Source of the DNA: an uncultured Chloroflexia bacterium
GTDB lineage: Bacteria > Chloroflexota > Chloroflexia > Thermomicrobiales > UBA6265
Direction of reading: 5' to 3'
DNA length: 64,000 nt
Assembly: GCA_963724295.1 (NCBI GenBank)
Contig: CAVRUC010000005.1
Coordinates: 224,001-288,000, forward strand
This document shows, in pieces, positions 62,257 through 64,000 of the stretch. Within the stretch, counting starts at the first letter, position 1, and each line of letters starts with the position of its first letter. Position numbers and translations under genes: made by a program. Under the pieces are notes generated by a model, which was given only the letters and a program-made list of their open reading frames with translations, was not told the DNA's origin and ran no database searches.

Positions 62257-62282
62257 GTCATTCCGAGGAACGAGGAATCTCG
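62257..62282. repeat. Solo half of the GTCATYCCGAG REP-like element
   Basis: GTCATTCCGAGGAACGAGGAATCTCG is 24/26 identical to 4411-4436. Confidence 0.7.
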
Positions 62283-62297
62283 TCCGTCCGCGCCCGG

Positions 62298-62975
62298 ATG
62301 GGGTCGACCGTGACTCGACAGTTCAACGGATTCCTGGTCCAGACTGAACCCGCGGTCGGCATTCCACGCGCCTTCTTTACCGATGTCTTGCCCCAGATCT
62401 CCGAGCTGAGCGAAGCGCAGGCGACCCTGGCGGTCTTCCGGCTCGCTTCCGAAGCGGGCGGCATCGAATCGCCGGTCTCCGAGATCGCTCTTCGCGCCGA
62501 TCGGCCGCTGCGCACCGCCTTGCGTGCCAACGGCAGCCCACGCGAACCGGACCAGCGGATCGCCACCGGGCTTGACCTGGCCACCGGTCGCGGCACGTTA
62601 CTCCGCTTCGTGGCCGAACGCGATGATGGCCGCGACGTCTGGTACTATGTCAACACCCCCGTCAACCAGGCGCTGGTCGCCGCCATGGCGCGGGGTGCCG
62701 TCGCTCCCCCGCGAGCACTCTGGCGAGAGGGACAGCTGCCGGCGGTGATCCCGGAGCGGCCCAATGTCTTCCGCCTCTACGAGCAGAACGTCGGGCCGCT
62801 GACGCCACTTATCGCCGATCATCTCGTGCGAGCGCTGGAAACGTGGCCGGTCGAGTGGATCGAAGATGCGGTTGCGGAGTCGGTCGCCTATAACAAGCGC
62901 TCCTGGCGCTACATCCAGCGCATTCTGGAAGGCTGGCAGACCGGGGGACGGGAACCGCGCGAGCGGTACGGTTAG
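62298..62975 (+). CDS. DnaD-domain protein
   Basis: C-terminal NVFRLYEQNVGPLTP...W..DAV....N.RSWRYIQRILEGW. Confidence 0.85.
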   Translation: MGSTVTRQFNGFLVQTEPAVGIPRAFFTDVLPQISELSEAQATLAVFRLASEAGGIESPVSEIALRADRPLRTALRANGSPREPDQRIATGLDLATGRGTLLRFVAERDDGRDVWYYVNTPVNQALVAAMARGAVAPPRALWREGQLPAVIPERPNVFRLYEQNVGPLTPLIADHLVRALETWPVEWIEDAVAESVAYNKRSWRYIQRILEGWQTGGREPRERYG

Positions 62976-62996
62976 CGCGGGGCAGCGGGAAACACC

Positions 62997-63791
62997 ATGA
63001 AACGCATCGGCGACGTCCTCACTTCCCTTTCGATCCCGGTCGGTCCAGCCGGCAGCAATGGCTCGGCGACCGCGACGCCAACATGGCGCTGTCCGGTCTG
63101 CAAGGACGCGGGCTGGGTGCGCATGGAGGTCCCCGTTGGGCACCCAAATTTCGGCCGCCTGATCCACTGCGAATGCCGGTTCTCCGAGCAGGCGGAGCGA
63201 GAGCGCGAGACGTTGCGCCGTCTCTCGAATCTCGACGGATTCACGCGCCATACGTTCGAAGACTTCGAGCCGGTGCCGGGAACAGAAGAGGCATTTGACG
63301 TCGCGCGTGCGTTTGCCCGCGACCCGGATCCCGAGCATCGCTGGCTCTATCTGCGGGGCGGCGTCGGCGTCGGCAAGACCCACCTGGCGGTCGCCACGGC
63401 ACTGGAGATTAGGGAACGCAACGGGAGTGTCTACTTTGCCGTCGTGCCCGATCTCCTCGACCACCTGCGCGCCACCTTCGACCCGGCGCGGGGCGTCGCC
63501 TACGACGACCGCTTCAACCAGATCCGTGGCGCTCCCCTCCTCGTCCTGGACGACCTGGGGACCGAGAACACCACGCCCTGGGCACGGGAAAAGCTCTATC
63601 AGATCATCAACCACCGCTATGTCGAGCGGTTGCTGACGATCGTGACCTCCAACCAGAGCCACGACAAGATCGACGAGCGGATCCTCTCGCGCCTCCTCGA
63701 CACCCACCTCACGCGCGACATCTTCATCGACGCCGCGGATTACCGGCGGCGGGAGCGGTCCGACTACACAAGGGGTCGTCGCTCGCGCTGA
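62997..63791 (+). CDS. DnaC/DnaI/IstB-like AAA+ ATPase (probable helicase loader)
   Basis: CPVC...CEC zinc motif, GGVGVGKT, LVLDDLG, IINHRY, TSN, SRL. Confidence 0.9.
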   Translation: MKRIGDVLTSLSIPVGPAGSNGSATATPTWRCPVCKDAGWVRMEVPVGHPNFGRLIHCECRFSEQAERERETLRRLSNLDGFTRHTFEDFEPVPGTEEAFDVARAFARDPDPEHRWLYLRGGVGVGKTHLAVATALEIRERNGSVYFAVVPDLLDHLRATFDPARGVAYDDRFNQIRGAPLLVLDDLGTENTTPWAREKLYQIINHRYVERLLTIVTSNQSHDKIDERILSRLLDTHLTRDIFIDAADYRRRERSDYTRGRRSR

Positions 63792-63825
63792 GCTTTGCGC
63801 CGTTCGTCACGATCGAGACAGGGGC

Positions 63826-64000
63826 ATGCTGAACGTCGCGGACGCGGAAGCCTTCCTCGCGGCCCGCTTCGGGCGTGACATCAGCGAGGTATCGCCCATT
63901 GGGCAAGGCGCATGGTCGCGCGCCTATGCGTTTCGACGTGACGGCACCGAGTACATCGTCCGCTTCAGCGCGCAGGATGAAGACTTTCGCAAAGACAGCA
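63826..64000 (+). CDS. Aminoglycoside phosphotransferase-like kinase (partial, runs off window)
   Basis: MLNVADAEAFLAARFG...IGQGAWSRAYAF....YIVRF, a kinase N-lobe pattern. Confidence 0.65.
   Translation, partial: MLNVADAEAFLAARFGRDISEVSPIGQGAWSRAYAFRRDGTEYIVRFSAQDEDFRKDS

Noticed and set aside
62997..63791. IS21 element suggested by the IstB-like ATPase
   Set aside because: No IstA transposase or terminal inverted repeats; the context is dnaB-dnaD

Overview
A 64-kb, GC-rich chromosomal window that looks like a Thermomicrobiales-type Chloroflexota bacterium. This is an inference from the rplI-dnaB-dnaD-dnaC/IstB and rny-spoVS gene order, the many LLM/F420-type oxidoreductases, and exported proteins that begin 'AQDATP'. 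Housekeeping loci include groES-groEL with a CIRCE operator, thrC-thrB, rny, spoVS, ispD/ispF, dtd, rplI and dnaB. These are interleaved with accessory genes: a four-gene ABC-2 exporter, a two-HtrA plus atypical NarL operon, NfeD-SPFH, an ECF41 sigma factor with an SDR/membrane fusion, a class F sortase and a cupredoxin multidomain protein. A putative stress island at 29.7-39.7 kb holds two PRC+YsnF paralogues, YihY, a secreted Gly/Asn-rich four-repeat protein and a KaiC-like ATPase with a lone receiver. No rRNA, tRNA, CRISPR array, transposase or prophage was recognised. The strongest leads are: (1) the secreted ~80-aa x4 repeat protein, a candidate amyloid or beta-solenoid; (2) two paralogous small membrane proteins flanking groESL that share an identical 37-bp promoter motif, next to an OmpR/BaeS-type two-component system; (3) window-wide 7/8-mer and modular hairpin repeat arrays at gene boundaries, which supply a start codon, a stop codon and a gene truncation; (4) a rod-like structured RNA upstream of rny; (5) SpoVS and L9 with unusual extensions. 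Several single-base frameshifts in short G runs are probably sequencing or assembly errors. All product calls come from motif recognition by eye; no database search was run.
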